DNA of 64,000 bases, from positions 1 to 64,000 of IMG/VR virus record IMGVR_UViG_3300024252_000004; one strand, given 5' to 3'. A program made the position numbers and the translations under genes. Shown here piece after piece: positions 18,901-28,374 of the stretch. Under the pieces are notes generated by a model. It searched no databases and was not told where the DNA came from. It saw nothing but the letters and a program-made list of their open reading frames with translations. The first letter of the stretch is position 1. Every line of letters starts with the position of its first letter.

Positions 18901-19110
18901 GTTGAGGACGTAAACACACAGGGTGTTATAACTTCCAGGGTTGTAGGTTTGCTTAGCGCACTTGCAACACAAGGACTTATCAGCAGCTTCGAGAATGTCA
19001 GAGTAGAAAGAGATAAGGTTGACCCAAGGCAGTGGAACGTGTTCCTCAGATTTGCTCCGGTCTTCCCAATCAACTTCGTCTTCATCGACATCGAAGTTGG
19101 CGTTAGCTAA
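15901..19110 (+). CDS. Contractile tail sheath protein (enlarged)
   Basis: N-terminal MPNFPG...TPKVIARDRV; C-terminal sheath signatures (AAAAGW...PLTNK, GRTT, EEISIIFIRDRV, WNVFLRFAPVFPINFVFIDIEV); followed by tube gene; SD GGAGG. Confidence 0.9.
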   Translation: MPNFPGQSGYQTPKVIARDRVVSRGVSIPGGLRLPCIVGEGLKEEIIVASAVGGGADGSSDCSPTGSGEGKFFELGVETVVSGRTELRLNGTLLYGTEDEIDANGFSKEFDYRVDPDTGCLELQGASIGDQDGKSYSASSLSTGTGVIIDGTCGTFDLVSVVDDSAPAERWTVRCVSVIRDSNGDPVPGKAKFTLTGSLSGQLRDESGGAILFDSDYKTGTAGAVSGTDDICADSFIVADSSDFEVGSAVLNAGDDSTGTTDTFEFLGDLVTQGQALPGDSLCIDGYIGIEIDEIEYDTSTGITTLTLETDSLSTGALGIDWEIRANDLFIDDDSVAHNGVTGAPATAGEFAASDIGKVLMICSGDSVGKYEITSITSSRRIRVAQFGDLTAGFPAMADDDADGLAETGLTWHLLQDNGILLFAIDEGTVPYAVGDKFFIDVDSRVLAAGDELEARYVSTLDLNDPEFFTSANELVAKHGTPSLTNTVSLAAQMAFENGAPGVWAVQAAPALPARTSQTLVEERDSNGDGGFNACGGNADDCEIDDLKFIIPRPLEGLKNAKPDGDTQVNIFVVRDDEETQIFPNKVSFYNSQFDSSVGQNTFITSSDYTFSYTVVNTDTEIIAQGYDGALTSADGTFSTDEVDFDAEHVGAIIVVQAVEDVDGVVYTTADDISTYLFGNTSTGVELIVKSIEDDNTVDVLGNDDDETAIIANGYDIQFFIKDESDTTNTSAALMLHKDLVDSGTLQDGDGLRISYIDELDADFYDVNWFEALESLEAIDCQIVVPVPTQNKSGIFRATVNHVETMSSIAIQKERVALIGAMQGVTADALIGNEEVAVEDIGVLEGIQGDDAEEVLDGNTEDLVNYKLSDNFTTKRAMYFWPDRIVRNVAGTNTYIDGFYIGAAAAGWFSSQQNVAIPLTNKELSGFSILRDKKLKPLTMNQLGGVGATILQPITGGGKVINGRTTSQSGFIEDEEISIIFIRDRVKEVLRQGLQSFIGTVEDVNTQGVITSRVVGLLSALATQGLISSFENVRVERDKVDPRQWNVFLRFAPVFPINFVFIDIEVGVS

Positions 19111-19121
19111 GGAGAATATAA

Positions 19122-19730
19122 ATGGCTACATATCCAAAATCAGGTAGCATTCTTGACAGCACCGTACATACCTCACTATCAACTCAGATAGTGATCATGG
19201 TTAACAATGAACCTGTAGGTGCGGTACAGTCTTTACAGATTGAGCAGAACAGACAGACTGTCCGCGTAGGCGAAGTTGGTTTCGATGGCACAATCGAGAT
19301 CGTCCCGAATGCCAAAACTGAAATCACACTTCAGATCGAAAGAATCGTTTATGATGGCTTGAGCATTACGGAGTCCTTTTCAAGAGGCTTCCAGAATATT
19401 CAGGCTCAGAGGATCCCATTCGACATTGTAGTAATCGATCAGTTCAGCGGAACCGGTAACGATGCTACTATCACAACATTCGTTAATTGTTGGTTTGAAT
19501 CATTGAGCAAGCCATACAGGGCTGAGCAATATATCATTACTGAGAACTGCCGTGTCGCTGTAGAAACAATTCATACACTCAGAGGCGGAGAAGCAGTTGC
19601 GCTCAGTCAGGGTGTAGGTGGCGGTAGGCAGCTTGCCGGTACACAGTTTGATGACATTGAGCTTGCGGCTGACTCTGGTTCCAGAAGAGGTTCTCTCGAC
19701 TTCCCAGGTCTAATCTCCGCATCCTTCTAA
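19122..19730 (+). CDS. Tail tube protein
   Basis: Follows the sheath; 202 aa; VGAVQSLQIEQNR...PFDIVVID...FVNCWFES...ITENCRV tube pattern. Confidence 0.8.
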   Translation: MATYPKSGSILDSTVHTSLSTQIVIMVNNEPVGAVQSLQIEQNRQTVRVGEVGFDGTIEIVPNAKTEITLQIERIVYDGLSITESFSRGFQNIQAQRIPFDIVVIDQFSGTGNDATITTFVNCWFESLSKPYRAEQYIITENCRVAVETIHTLRGGEAVALSQGVGGGRQLAGTQFDDIELAADSGSRRGSLDFPGLISASF

Positions 19731-19755
19731 ATACAATCAATAACTAATTCAGTTT

Positions 19756-19787
19756 AAAAAGCGATACCTTAATTGGTATCGTTTTTT
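19756..19787 (+). terminator. Intrinsic (probably bidirectional) terminator
   Basis: AAAAA-GCGATACC-TTAATT-GGTATCGT-TTTTT: 8-bp stem, T-tract downstream, A-tract upstream, directly after the tube gene. Confidence 0.85.
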
Positions 19788-19798
19788 ATCTGTCTTAA

Positions 19799-19807
19799 TG
19801 GTAAAAT
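19799..19807 (+). promoter_or_regulatory. Candidate extended -10 promoter TGgTAAAAT
   Basis: TGn plus TAAAAT just after the terminator and about 35 nt before the chaperone start; no clear -35 element. Confidence 0.4.
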
Positions 19808-19841
19808 GTAAACTGAACTATCTTATGCATAAGGAGTTGTG

Positions 19842-20423
19842 ATGAGTAAAAAAGTTGGGTCTGACCACCCTATGGCTGGCGGCAGAAGAAGAGGGCGTGG
19901 AGCCAAAGATGAAGCACCCGAAGAAGAGGAGTTAGCTCCCGCTAACCTTACTGGTGCTACCGCCAAGATGCAAGAGCTTATGGACTCCGAGTCTGTAGGT
20001 AATAAACCTCTAAAGGATTTCAAGCCAAGAGAATTGATGGACCTGAAAGATTTGGTCTTCTTGGGAAGGAATACTGCCGAAGTTGAGATTGGCGGATATA
20101 AGTTTAAAATTGCCACACTGACAAACTCTGAGAAAAGAGTTGTGATCAGAGAGCTTGCGAGCCGTGGAAAAGAAATGGCATCTTATGTTCAGGCATGCAC
20201 GTTGGCTATGTCCATACAGAGTATCAACGATGTCCCATTGAAAGATATCTATGAAGGGGGCGAAGACAGGGAGTATACAGATTACGAGAACTGCCTTCTT
20301 TATGTTGACACATGGCAATCAATACTTGTCAACAAACTGTTCCTTGAATATGAGAAGTTAAACTCCGGGTCTGAAGGGATATTTTCCGATGATCCCGAAG
20401 GTGAGGACAAACTAAAAAAATAA
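19842..20423 (+). CDS. Tail assembly chaperone (lambda gpG analogue)
   Basis: Between tube and tape measure; SD AAGGAG at 19831-19836 (ATG 19842, GTG 19839 alternative); ends CTA AAA AAA TAA. Confidence 0.75.
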   Translation: MSKKVGSDHPMAGGRRRGRGAKDEAPEEEELAPANLTGATAKMQELMDSESVGNKPLKDFKPRELMDLKDLVFLGRNTAEVEIGGYKFKIATLTNSEKRVVIRELASRGKEMASYVQACTLAMSIQSINDVPLKDIYEGGEDREYTDYENCLLYVDTWQSILVNKLFLEYEKLNSGSEGIFSDDPEGEDKLKK

Positions 20424-20449
20424 CGCAGGAGTCCGTAAGCAGGCTCCGC
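20414..20449 (+). promoter_or_regulatory. Programmed -1 ribosomal frameshift site with downstream hairpin
   Basis: Slippery A_AAA_AAA (20414-20420) precedes the TAA. The -1 frame is open from 20405 through 20857. GGAGTC (20428-20433) can pair with GGCTCC (20442-20447). Confidence 0.8.
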
Positions 20450-20857
20450 TTTAAACTATGCAAGATGTGGCAATGCACTGTTGACGATCCTGTGTTCGAA
20501 AATATTAATGGGGCTCAGTGGCGCTGGTATGCTCACATGATAGCTGCGGAAGAAGAAGAGACATTTAAGGGACAACTTGACTTGGTCGAATACCTCGCAT
20601 CCTTTACGAATGCTGATGGTGTGCGCAAAGTCAGAGACTACAGAGAAAGAAAAGAGAACCCACACCTTGATGAAGAACTTAAGGATGCTGTTGAGAGTGG
20701 CGACTACAAGGAGAATCCATTACTTAAGGCTCTACAGAAGATCAGAGAAAATGCTAATTTAACTGATAATGATGTAGAAAGTATGAGGCCCGCTAAAGTC
20801 AGAAGAGTTAAGGCTCCGATTGACTTAGATGAGTTGGCTAAAAAAACAAGGATTTGA
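20420..20857 (+). CDS. Frameshift extension of the tail assembly chaperone (gpGT analogue)
   Basis: The -1 frame reads ITQESVSRLRFKLCK then MWQCTVDD... (ORF-track ORF 20465-20857). No SD near ATG 20465. Predicted fusion about 338 aa. Confidence 0.75.
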   Translation: MTQESVSRLRFKLCKMWQCTVDDPVFENINGAQWRWYAHMIAAEEEETFKGQLDLVEYLASFTNADGVRKVRDYRERKENPHLDEELKDAVESGDYKENPLLKALQKIRENANLTDNDVESMRPAKVRRVKAPIDLDELAKKTRI

Positions 20858-20863
20858 TTCTAA

Positions 20864-22675
20864 ATGAGTATTGACGGAACAAGAGCGGGGTTCGAAGGGG
20901 TAGCTGCTGCTGCCGGTCGCACCGAAGATGCAATAACACAACTGACAGAGTCTATGGTTACTGGTGGTAGGCAGTTCGAACTTATGCTCGGTGCTGCAAA
21001 CTCAATGGTCGATGGGTTTGCCTCTGTTGGAACCGCAATTCAGGGAATTACTAATGGCGTGCCTGGGCTTGAGCTTCTTGGTGGTGTAATTGGTTACGGC
21101 AGTAATGCTATGGATGCTCTTGCTAAAAGTGTCACTGCCCTTATGGATACATATTATCAAGGGATGGGAGCCTTAGACGCTCTGAGTGCTGGACACAGAG
21201 CTCTCTATGGCGACATCTATGATGTAGGTACTCAATTCGGCAAAACTTTTGATGAGGCTCGTAGGTACGGTCAAAACATTAAGATGGTCGCAGCATCAAT
21301 TATTGGTGCTGATTTTGGTTGGCTCAAGGAGGAAAACCTTGTCGAGACTGCCAAGGCTCTTGCCGGTAACAGGGTAAGCCTTGATAGATTTGGAGATTCA
21401 ATCATTTCTTCTGCTGGAAAAATGGATCTTTTAACCGCAGCAACACTACAGGCTGGAGCTTCTGGTCTTGAGACGGCAGACTATTTCCAAACACTTTCTC
21501 AGGCTATGATTCGACAGGGTCTTGAATCGCAAGAAGCAATGGAACAGTTGGCTGGGTTCAAGGATACAGCGGAAGCAACAGGTCTCTCTGTCAAATCAAT
21601 CTCCGATGCACTTTCGAACCTTGGAAATACATTTTCTAAGATTGGACTCGCAGCAGACTTCGGCCGACCACTGGTAAAGAGCTTTGGTGATACGATTAGC
21701 GACATGGGGCTCGGTATTGAAAATGCAACTGAGCTTGCAGCAACTCTTTCAAACTCATTAGGAGCATTAGCTACCGATTACTCAACCATGTATGTGACTG
21801 CTCAAAGAGGAAATCTCGGAAGCATGATGGGTGGTGGAGCATTGGGCGCAGGCATTCAATTCCAAGCTCAGTTACTTGAAGCTGAAGGTGACCCGCAAGC
21901 ACAAGCCAAACTCGGTGGAGAAATGGCGACAGCACTGAGGGATACGATTGCCTCATTTGCTGGTGGAGATATCACTACGGTCCAAGAGGCTGCATCTAAT
22001 CCTGCACTCGAAGCTCAGTTCTATACTCAGCAGAGAATGTTGCAGCAGATGTACAACTTAGATGACCAAACAGCAATCAGAACATTAGACCTTCTTGATA
22101 GAATGGGCAAGGCAACCGAGTCTGGAAACTCAGACCTTGCACAAAGTCTTGGCGAAGACCTAACAGATATGATCACTAAGAATGATGAGACAATGGATCT
22201 ACAGGAAAAGGCAAACGCCTTCCTATCCGGTTTACTCTCAGAGGCTATGTCCACTAACGAAGCTCTTTTCTTTATTGGAAGAGAGACGCTGGGCGAAGCT
22301 GCCCTTTCAGAGATGAATGACGGTATGCGCGGGGGCCTTGATAAATTGCAAGAGGTTATGGGTGAGCATAGATCTGCTGCTGAAGATTCAATCAAAGCTG
22401 CAAGGAATGGGGACAATTCCCTTAAGGATCATATCAGTTCTATTTTCGGAGAAGCCTTCGGAACATCTGATGATCCAAAAGATGGAAAGGAAAATCCTTT
22501 AGGTGGAATCTCCAAGTATGATGAAATGATGTCGAATATTGATGCAATGATTCAAGATAATATTCTGACCAATTCTGCGGTTAGACAATTTATGAGTTTG
22601 GTCGGAGGAAACACTGCGACCGTAGATGCATCACCAAGTACAGGCCCAGGAACCGCTGGCGCCAAAGCAAACTAA
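20864..22675 (+). CDS. Tape measure protein
   Basis: 603 aa, Ala/Gly/Met-rich and helical; canonical position after the chaperone pair. Confidence 0.75.
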   Translation: MSIDGTRAGFEGVAAAAGRTEDAITQLTESMVTGGRQFELMLGAANSMVDGFASVGTAIQGITNGVPGLELLGGVIGYGSNAMDALAKSVTALMDTYYQGMGALDALSAGHRALYGDIYDVGTQFGKTFDEARRYGQNIKMVAASIIGADFGWLKEENLVETAKALAGNRVSLDRFGDSIISSAGKMDLLTAATLQAGASGLETADYFQTLSQAMIRQGLESQEAMEQLAGFKDTAEATGLSVKSISDALSNLGNTFSKIGLAADFGRPLVKSFGDTISDMGLGIENATELAATLSNSLGALATDYSTMYVTAQRGNLGSMMGGGALGAGIQFQAQLLEAEGDPQAQAKLGGEMATALRDTIASFAGGDITTVQEAASNPALEAQFYTQQRMLQQMYNLDDQTAIRTLDLLDRMGKATESGNSDLAQSLGEDLTDMITKNDETMDLQEKANAFLSGLLSEAMSTNEALFFIGRETLGEAALSEMNDGMRGGLDKLQEVMGEHRSAAEDSIKAARNGDNSLKDHISSIFGEAFGTSDDPKDGKENPLGGISKYDEMMSNIDAMIQDNILTNSAVRQFMSLVGGNTATVDASPSTGPGTAGAKAN

Positions 22676-22684
22676 GGGGATACA

Positions 22685-23584
22685 ATGGCAAAAAGAAATG
22701 TAATGCGATTTATCGTGCCGGTGGATTTGGATAGCCTTAGTTCATTCAACGTCTCAGCACGAGCAGTTATACCATTCTATGTAAACCCTGAGAACATTCA
22801 GATTCAGGATACAAAGCTGATTCAGAAGACACTAACGAAAGGTGGCTTTTCTGTTCAGTATTGGGGAGAGGACTTGTCCACCATGAGTGTCAGTGGCACA
22901 ACTGGATCAGGCGGTATCGAGGCTGCTTATTTGTTAAGAGACGTATATAGGCACGAGCAAATTCAAATGAATGGAATTATACTGGAGCGGATTAAGGAGG
23001 CTCAGATAGCCGCAGTCGCTGCATCAGCCAATGCAGAAGCATCTCCGGATACAGCTTACAATCTCATTGACCAATTAACTGGTGGAGCGGTGTCTCAAGT
23101 TGTTGATGGATTCAACTCTGTTATCGATGCAGTAAGCAACTCTTATTCGACAGAGGATCCTTCAATCGAAAAGATATACTTAACCCCAACAGCGGCAGCA
23201 TTTGCTACATCTATTGACCTTTACTTTGGTGGAGAAAGGTATAGAGGTTACTTCGAAAACTTTTCTATTACAGAGAATGCTCAGTCTCCTGGTATAATAA
23301 ACTATCAGTTCAGCTTTGTCATCACACGTAGGTGGGGTACAAGAAAGAACTATATGCCATGGCACAGAAGTCCCAGAGATATTGCTGGTAAACCTGTGCC
23401 TGCATCACCACCATCACAAGGTGCTGCTGTCGAAGAACTTTCTTTTCAAACAAGAGCAACTCAGCAAAGTCTAACTAACCCAGACCTTAGAAGCGAAAAA
23501 GATTCGCTTAACGAATTTGTTTCAGATGAAATTGTTCCCGAAGTAAACGCAGTACCGATCAACAGATCGGACAGTACTAAATGA
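22685..23584 (+). CDS. Tail tube initiator / baseplate centre protein (gp48/gp54-like)
   Basis: FYVNPENIQI...GGFSVQYWGE...SVSGTTG and YRGYFENFSITENAQSPGIINYQFSF tube-fold motifs; follows the tape measure. Confidence 0.7.
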   Translation: MAKRNVMRFIVPVDLDSLSSFNVSARAVIPFYVNPENIQIQDTKLIQKTLTKGGFSVQYWGEDLSTMSVSGTTGSGGIEAAYLLRDVYRHEQIQMNGIILERIKEAQIAAVAASANAEASPDTAYNLIDQLTGGAVSQVVDGFNSVIDAVSNSYSTEDPSIEKIYLTPTAAAFATSIDLYFGGERYRGYFENFSITENAQSPGIINYQFSFVITRRWGTRKNYMPWHRSPRDIAGKPVPASPPSQGAAVEELSFQTRATQQSLTNPDLRSEKDSLNEFVSDEIVPEVNAVPINRSDSTK

Positions 23585-26500
23585 GTTTCAACTTATCATT
23601 AAACAAAAGCATCGAGAATATTCTAACGGGAGCCCTATCTGGAAAGTATCCAGTAGTGGGTCGAGGTTTGCGTATTGATCTCGGTGAGTCTGCCGTAACC
23701 GCGACACAACCTGCATCAAGAAACATCGTAGTGCAAGAGCCTCAGGCATCTATCATTATAAAGAAGAAAGAGTTCTCGAACTTCAAACACCTTAATGATT
23801 TGCAGTGGCTTGACAGAACAGAGAAAATGTATCTCCGCACAGTCAAAGCTCTCTTTGCATATAAGTGTGCTCAGATTAGAGCCTATGAAGCATTGACAAA
23901 ATTTGAACAAGTTTTCGCCACAGATCACGAGGTCCCTCTTGAGATTTTCTCAGACATCCTCAGCACTGCCAAGTTCTTTGAGACCACAGACCCTAATGCT
24001 TTCATCACGAATTTCGAAGCAGCAACCCTATTTCAGAATGCCCTCACCAACTCGTTTCCTGCTAAGGAATATAACGACGTTAGAGATGATATCCTTAAGA
24101 TCGCAAAGCGAGGAGCCTTCCAGTCTTCACTTCCATTTACGACTTGGATTGTAGACCCTGACAATATTGAGAATTTTGGCACCGGGCCGGGAACTGGATC
24201 AATGGAACTTGGCACATTCACCAACTTCTCCACCTCCTGTGACCTTAATGCATCACCATCGAGTGCTTCTGTTTATATGGAAGACCCATATAGGATCACA
24301 CACATAACCGAATCAGAGATTGAACTTGCGATTGAAGAGGCGCTCTATGGTACCCTTGGAATCATCAATGAGATCGGAATGGGTACGATTGATTTAGCAA
24401 CTTTTGATGCCAAAAGTGTTGTGGGTGCTGCGTTTGAAATAGCCGGAGGTCCGCTGGATACTGGCATCGACACAGACTACATTAGAAATCAGTTAAGATA
24501 TAATTACATGGGCAAACCATTCATCAATGCTGGCGATGCTATCAGCGTATTCATTAGAGGAAATAAAACTCTTCAGGATTATGATGATGGGCACCTCTTT
24601 AATGAAGATTTGCTTGCTATCGATGAAACGATTCTTGAGGCGGAGAGGTACCTCTACACCGATAAGAAGATTAGCTTTGAGGATTACAAAAAGATTCGTT
24701 CTCTTCAAGAGAACTCTTTAGCTATGCAGCAGGTATATGGTGGAGTTGTTCTTAAAACCTCTCGCTCATTCTCCAGTGGATTCTGGTCTCTCAGCTTGGA
24801 ATGCGAAGACAACATGAAGTGGCTTGACTGGTCACGCTTTATGATTGAGCCTGCTCTACAGGATCCGCAGGGAATCCTCGAAGATCCATTAACTCCATAT
24901 GAGATTAGGACAGACGCATTAGGAATTCCTCTTGTTGGAGAGGGGCCTAAGCTTATTGATGAAAACGTTGAGCTTCTAAACTCTGGGCTATTGGCTTATG
25001 ATTCAGGCATCTTCAATGGGCAGTATGCCACAGAGACTAACCTGCTGCAAGGGCAATATAACCAGACCGGTTCTGCATCTGGAACTAAGATTATGCAGCA
25101 CGCTAATGGCTTTGTATATAGATGGAAGACCGGCATTATCACAGCTACCGCAGGAGCACTACTTAGAGATCCTTTGAATGAAAAAGATATCACCCTTAAA
25201 ATGTTGAATCAGACATATGGCCTGTCTGTAGCAGAAGATGTGCTTAACAATCTTGATGTTGCAAACGTGCTCAGCTTGCTCATTGTTGGGCAACCATACA
25301 ATGTAGAGTCCTTTATGGAGCAAGCATATCAAGCTCATAACATCAGCAAAGCTACGTCTGCGTCTTCACTGTCCCCGACCGATCCATTAACTTCAGTTAT
25401 CGATGTCATTAAAAGGCAGAACATTCGAATCGGTGGCTTCCGACCATACAGAATGATTACCTTGAGTCAAAGCTCTCTTGAGGAGACAGCTACGTCTAAC
25501 CTTATTAGAGGAGAACTCAATGAAAAAATTAAGCTCCTTAGGCAGAGGAAGATCGAACTCTCCACACTAATTGGAAGACTTAGAACTTCTGACTCTGAAG
25601 GTAACGCTGTTTTTATCAGGACAATGAACGAAGAACTTCAGGCTGTGCAGTTGGGTATTCAAGAACAAATCAAAATTGCAAACTCTACTACACTTGATAC
25701 AGCGGATCTTCTAACATCCAATTTCAACCTTCTTGGAAGGAATCGTGTGTTGCCACTGACTGGTAACTTCTCTGCGGATTATAATATCACCAGAGCGATG
25801 ATGATTGTTGGTGCAAGAAGAAGAATTGAAGACGTAAGGCTTAACCGTGACGACAACCTTTTCATTGTATCGGATCAGTACGAAGAGAACACAGACATCA
25901 GAGCTTACATCCTGAAACTCAGAGATTCAAATTACAGAATCTTCGATGGCAACTTCATCTCAATTCTTGAGAAGTGCCAACATGCAACCAAGTTCATTAA
26001 CTTTGAATTCTTCTGCAACCCGCAGGGGCATCTTGAGTTCCGTCCGCCACAGTGGAACAGGACTCCTCTATCTGTGCTTGAAAGATTATTCCAGATGAGC
26101 GAAGAGGAAGGCAGAACTGTCATTCCCCCATTCCTTACTCAAATGTTTGAGGATCGTTCATCCTCATTGAGAAGAGAAGTCCACGGACATAATATACAGA
26201 TTGTGCTCCTTTCGCTGCTGCTTGGCAGGTACCCTGATAGTTCTTTGATCCCTAACTTCAGAGACCCATCTCTTGTGACTATTTGGAAAAGAGGTAATGA
26301 GGCTATCACCAGAGCATACCTTAGATTCTTTGGTGTTAACCCTGAAGGTTTAGCATCCGGTGGAGATAAAAAGACTCTGCTTAGGGCAGGCTTCACAGCA
26401 ACGGTGCTTGGCGATCTCGTCAACACAGGCAATCAGTTAATTGGAGATGGACTATCTGTAAGCTTCGGAACCGGAGAAGATGGCGATACCATCAACGCAG

Positions 26501-28371
26501 ATACTTCAACAATCCTCGGCATCTTTGATCCTATTTTTCAAGAAGAGAAGAACCTTGTAAATAACTTACTCACAACCTCAATGAACGTTGAGGGTATTCC
26601 TGCCATTGAGTATGCTACGGCTGCTGGGCTGAATGCGGTAAGAGATGAGTTCAGAAAGGTAGGCGGATTCGATGCAGCCTCGGGAATCATTGGCAACACC
26701 CAGAGATTCTCTGAGAAAGATTTTGTCTTCTTTGCGGGGCATGATGAGGGCCGAAGGGCTGGGCTAATTGAGATGTATCTCGATGAATTAGCGTCTACAA
26801 TATCCAGCAGAGATAGGCTCGTAACAATCCTCGTCAGAAACGAGGAGAAAGCTACTGAGCTTGATGAGATTAACTCCATTCTTTCTGGTGAGTTTACAGA
26901 GGCTACAGGTGGTGATGATGGTGAGTTCGAAACTCCCATCTCGGACTTCATTGAGGGTAACATCATTGAACCGCTTGAAAAGACAGCCACAGCCATCAAG
27001 ACAATTAAGGATATCTTTACTGGAGAGGCAACAAAGAACTCATTGTTCGACCATCTCGTTGAGGATGATACAAGAAACCTTGTTGGCCCAGGCTCAGGAA
27101 GAAGATTCATCATTGAGGACCATGACATTAGATCATGCACATTCACCGAGACACCTCCAGAATTCAATCGAATTGATGTTGTTGGCGATGCACCATTAGG
27201 ACTTGGTTCGGCTTTGCAGTCAGAGTTTGAAGACAAATACTTCTGGGCAGGAGCTACTGATTTTGATTCGTGGAGACAGTTCGGTTACATAAGTGGTGGA
27301 ACAAAACAGCTTCCATTCGCAAGTGATCCTGAGCTTCAGTGTAGACCTTATGCGATTATGGAATTGCAACTTCAGAGAACCCAGATCAATAGGGGGGTAG
27401 TCACAGTAAACGGAAACGAATTCTATGCTCCGGGTGATGTTGTATTCATCAGAGATCAAGGCATGCTTTATTATGTCACGAGTGTATCGCATAGCTTTGC
27501 TTTTGGCGGCGCCTTTGAGACGCAGTTAAATCTTGAGAACGGACATGCCCCAGGTATCTATCTTCCAAGCCCAATTGATATCATCGGACAGGAGCTTACA
27601 AAGAACTTCCTTGAAGACGGCGCAATGCTTGTATACAGAAACCAAGATGGTGATGATTCATACAGAGCACTACAGCCAGACAGCAATCTTCTTTTCCCAG
27701 CAGGATTACAAGTTGAGGCTCCGGATAAAAATGTCAGCACTTTCCTTGATTACAAAAACAATCAGGTAAAATACACAAACATGATGATCGATCTTAATAC
27801 GATCACGGTTGGAAATAGAATGATTCTCCTCAGAGCTTTCGTAAAGGGAGATGCAGATGTTGCTGATGTAACAAAGAGACTTCAGGTTGTAAGACACCTC
27901 TTGGAGAATCCAATGCAAATCAGCCAGACAAATGGTGCTGGCGGAGATGATCTTTTTGACCTGAATGTGAATCTGAATGTAAATGTTGGTAGCTCCAAAG
28001 AGCTTAACACGATGATTCTTCCTAACGGTCTTGCGGCATCTCCAGTTCCATCTGATAGGATTCTTGAGCAAATAGTTTATCTTGACGGAACGGAAACTAC
28101 TGAGTTCTTATGCCTGAACTCTCAGCTATTAACTGGGGCTACACTTAAGGATAATATTAAAGCTCAGATTGATAAGCTATCTGTTGATGCAGGCAACTAT
28201 GCAGCAGTCTTTCCTAAAGGTGGACCCAAACAGAGTAGTTGGTTAGACCTTAGAGATGACTTAACAAACATTACGCGTATTATTGAAGTTGGAGTATTAG
28301 ATGTGCAAGCTGCTATCGAAGATGCTTCCTCCGAATCTGGAGTATCTGTAAACGTAGACCTTGGATTGTAA
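23581..28371 (+). CDS. Baseplate hub protein (gp27/gpD-like), greatly enlarged
   Basis: Hub motifs VYGGVV...LECED, FEFFCNPQGHLEFRPP, GVVTVNGNEFYAPGDVVFI...YYVTSVSHSF...TQLNL. Confidence 0.7.
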   Translation: MSFNLSLNKSIENILTGALSGKYPVVGRGLRIDLGESAVTATQPASRNIVVQEPQASIIIKKKEFSNFKHLNDLQWLDRTEKMYLRTVKALFAYKCAQIRAYEALTKFEQVFATDHEVPLEIFSDILSTAKFFETTDPNAFITNFEAATLFQNALTNSFPAKEYNDVRDDILKIAKRGAFQSSLPFTTWIVDPDNIENFGTGPGTGSMELGTFTNFSTSCDLNASPSSASVYMEDPYRITHITESEIELAIEEALYGTLGIINEIGMGTIDLATFDAKSVVGAAFEIAGGPLDTGIDTDYIRNQLRYNYMGKPFINAGDAISVFIRGNKTLQDYDDGHLFNEDLLAIDETILEAERYLYTDKKISFEDYKKIRSLQENSLAMQQVYGGVVLKTSRSFSSGFWSLSLECEDNMKWLDWSRFMIEPALQDPQGILEDPLTPYEIRTDALGIPLVGEGPKLIDENVELLNSGLLAYDSGIFNGQYATETNLLQGQYNQTGSASGTKIMQHANGFVYRWKTGIITATAGALLRDPLNEKDITLKMLNQTYGLSVAEDVLNNLDVANVLSLLIVGQPYNVESFMEQAYQAHNISKATSASSLSPTDPLTSVIDVIKRQNIRIGGFRPYRMITLSQSSLEETATSNLIRGELNEKIKLLRQRKIELSTLIGRLRTSDSEGNAVFIRTMNEELQAVQLGIQEQIKIANSTTLDTADLLTSNFNLLGRNRVLPLTGNFSADYNITRAMMIVGARRRIEDVRLNRDDNLFIVSDQYEENTDIRAYILKLRDSNYRIFDGNFISILEKCQHATKFINFEFFCNPQGHLEFRPPQWNRTPLSVLERLFQMSEEEGRTVIPPFLTQMFEDRSSSLRREVHGHNIQIVLLSLLLGRYPDSSLIPNFRDPSLVTIWKRGNEAITRAYLRFFGVNPEGLASGGDKKTLLRAGFTATVLGDLVNTGNQLIGDGLSVSFGTGEDGDTINADTSTILGIFDPIFQEEKNLVNNLLTTSMNVEGIPAIEYATAAGLNAVRDEFRKVGGFDAASGIIGNTQRFSEKDFVFFAGHDEGRRAGLIEMYLDELASTISSRDRLVTILVRNEEKATELDEINSILSGEFTEATGGDDGEFETPISDFIEGNIIEPLEKTATAIKTIKDIFTGEATKNSLFDHLVEDDTRNLVGPGSGRRFIIEDHDIRSCTFTETPPEFNRIDVVGDAPLGLGSALQSEFEDKYFWAGATDFDSWRQFGYISGGTKQLPFASDPELQCRPYAIMELQLQRTQINRGVVTVNGNEFYAPGDVVFIRDQGMLYYVTSVSHSFAFGGAFETQLNLENGHAPGIYLPSPIDIIGQELTKNFLEDGAMLVYRNQDGDDSYRALQPDSNLLFPAGLQVEAPDKNVSTFLDYKNNQVKYTNMMIDLNTITVGNRMILLRAFVKGDADVADVTKRLQVVRHLLENPMQISQTNGAGGDDLFDLNVNLNVNVGSSKELNTMILPNGLAASPVPSDRILEQIVYLDGTETTEFLCLNSQLLTGATLKDNIKAQIDKLSVDAGNYAAVFPKGGPKQSSWLDLRDDLTNITRIIEVGVLDVQAAIEDASSESGVSVNVDLGL

Positions 28372-28374
28372 CAC

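Noticed and set aside
20839-20866. A7 run and in-frame junction between the chaperone extension and the tape measure
   Set aside because: The run is not phased as X_XXY_YYZ, and two stops (TGA, TAA) separate the ORFs.
22673-22687. Tape measure in frame with the tube initiator across a single TAA
   Set aside because: The downstream gene has its own SD (AAGGGGA) at normal spacing; in-frame adjacency is expected by chance.
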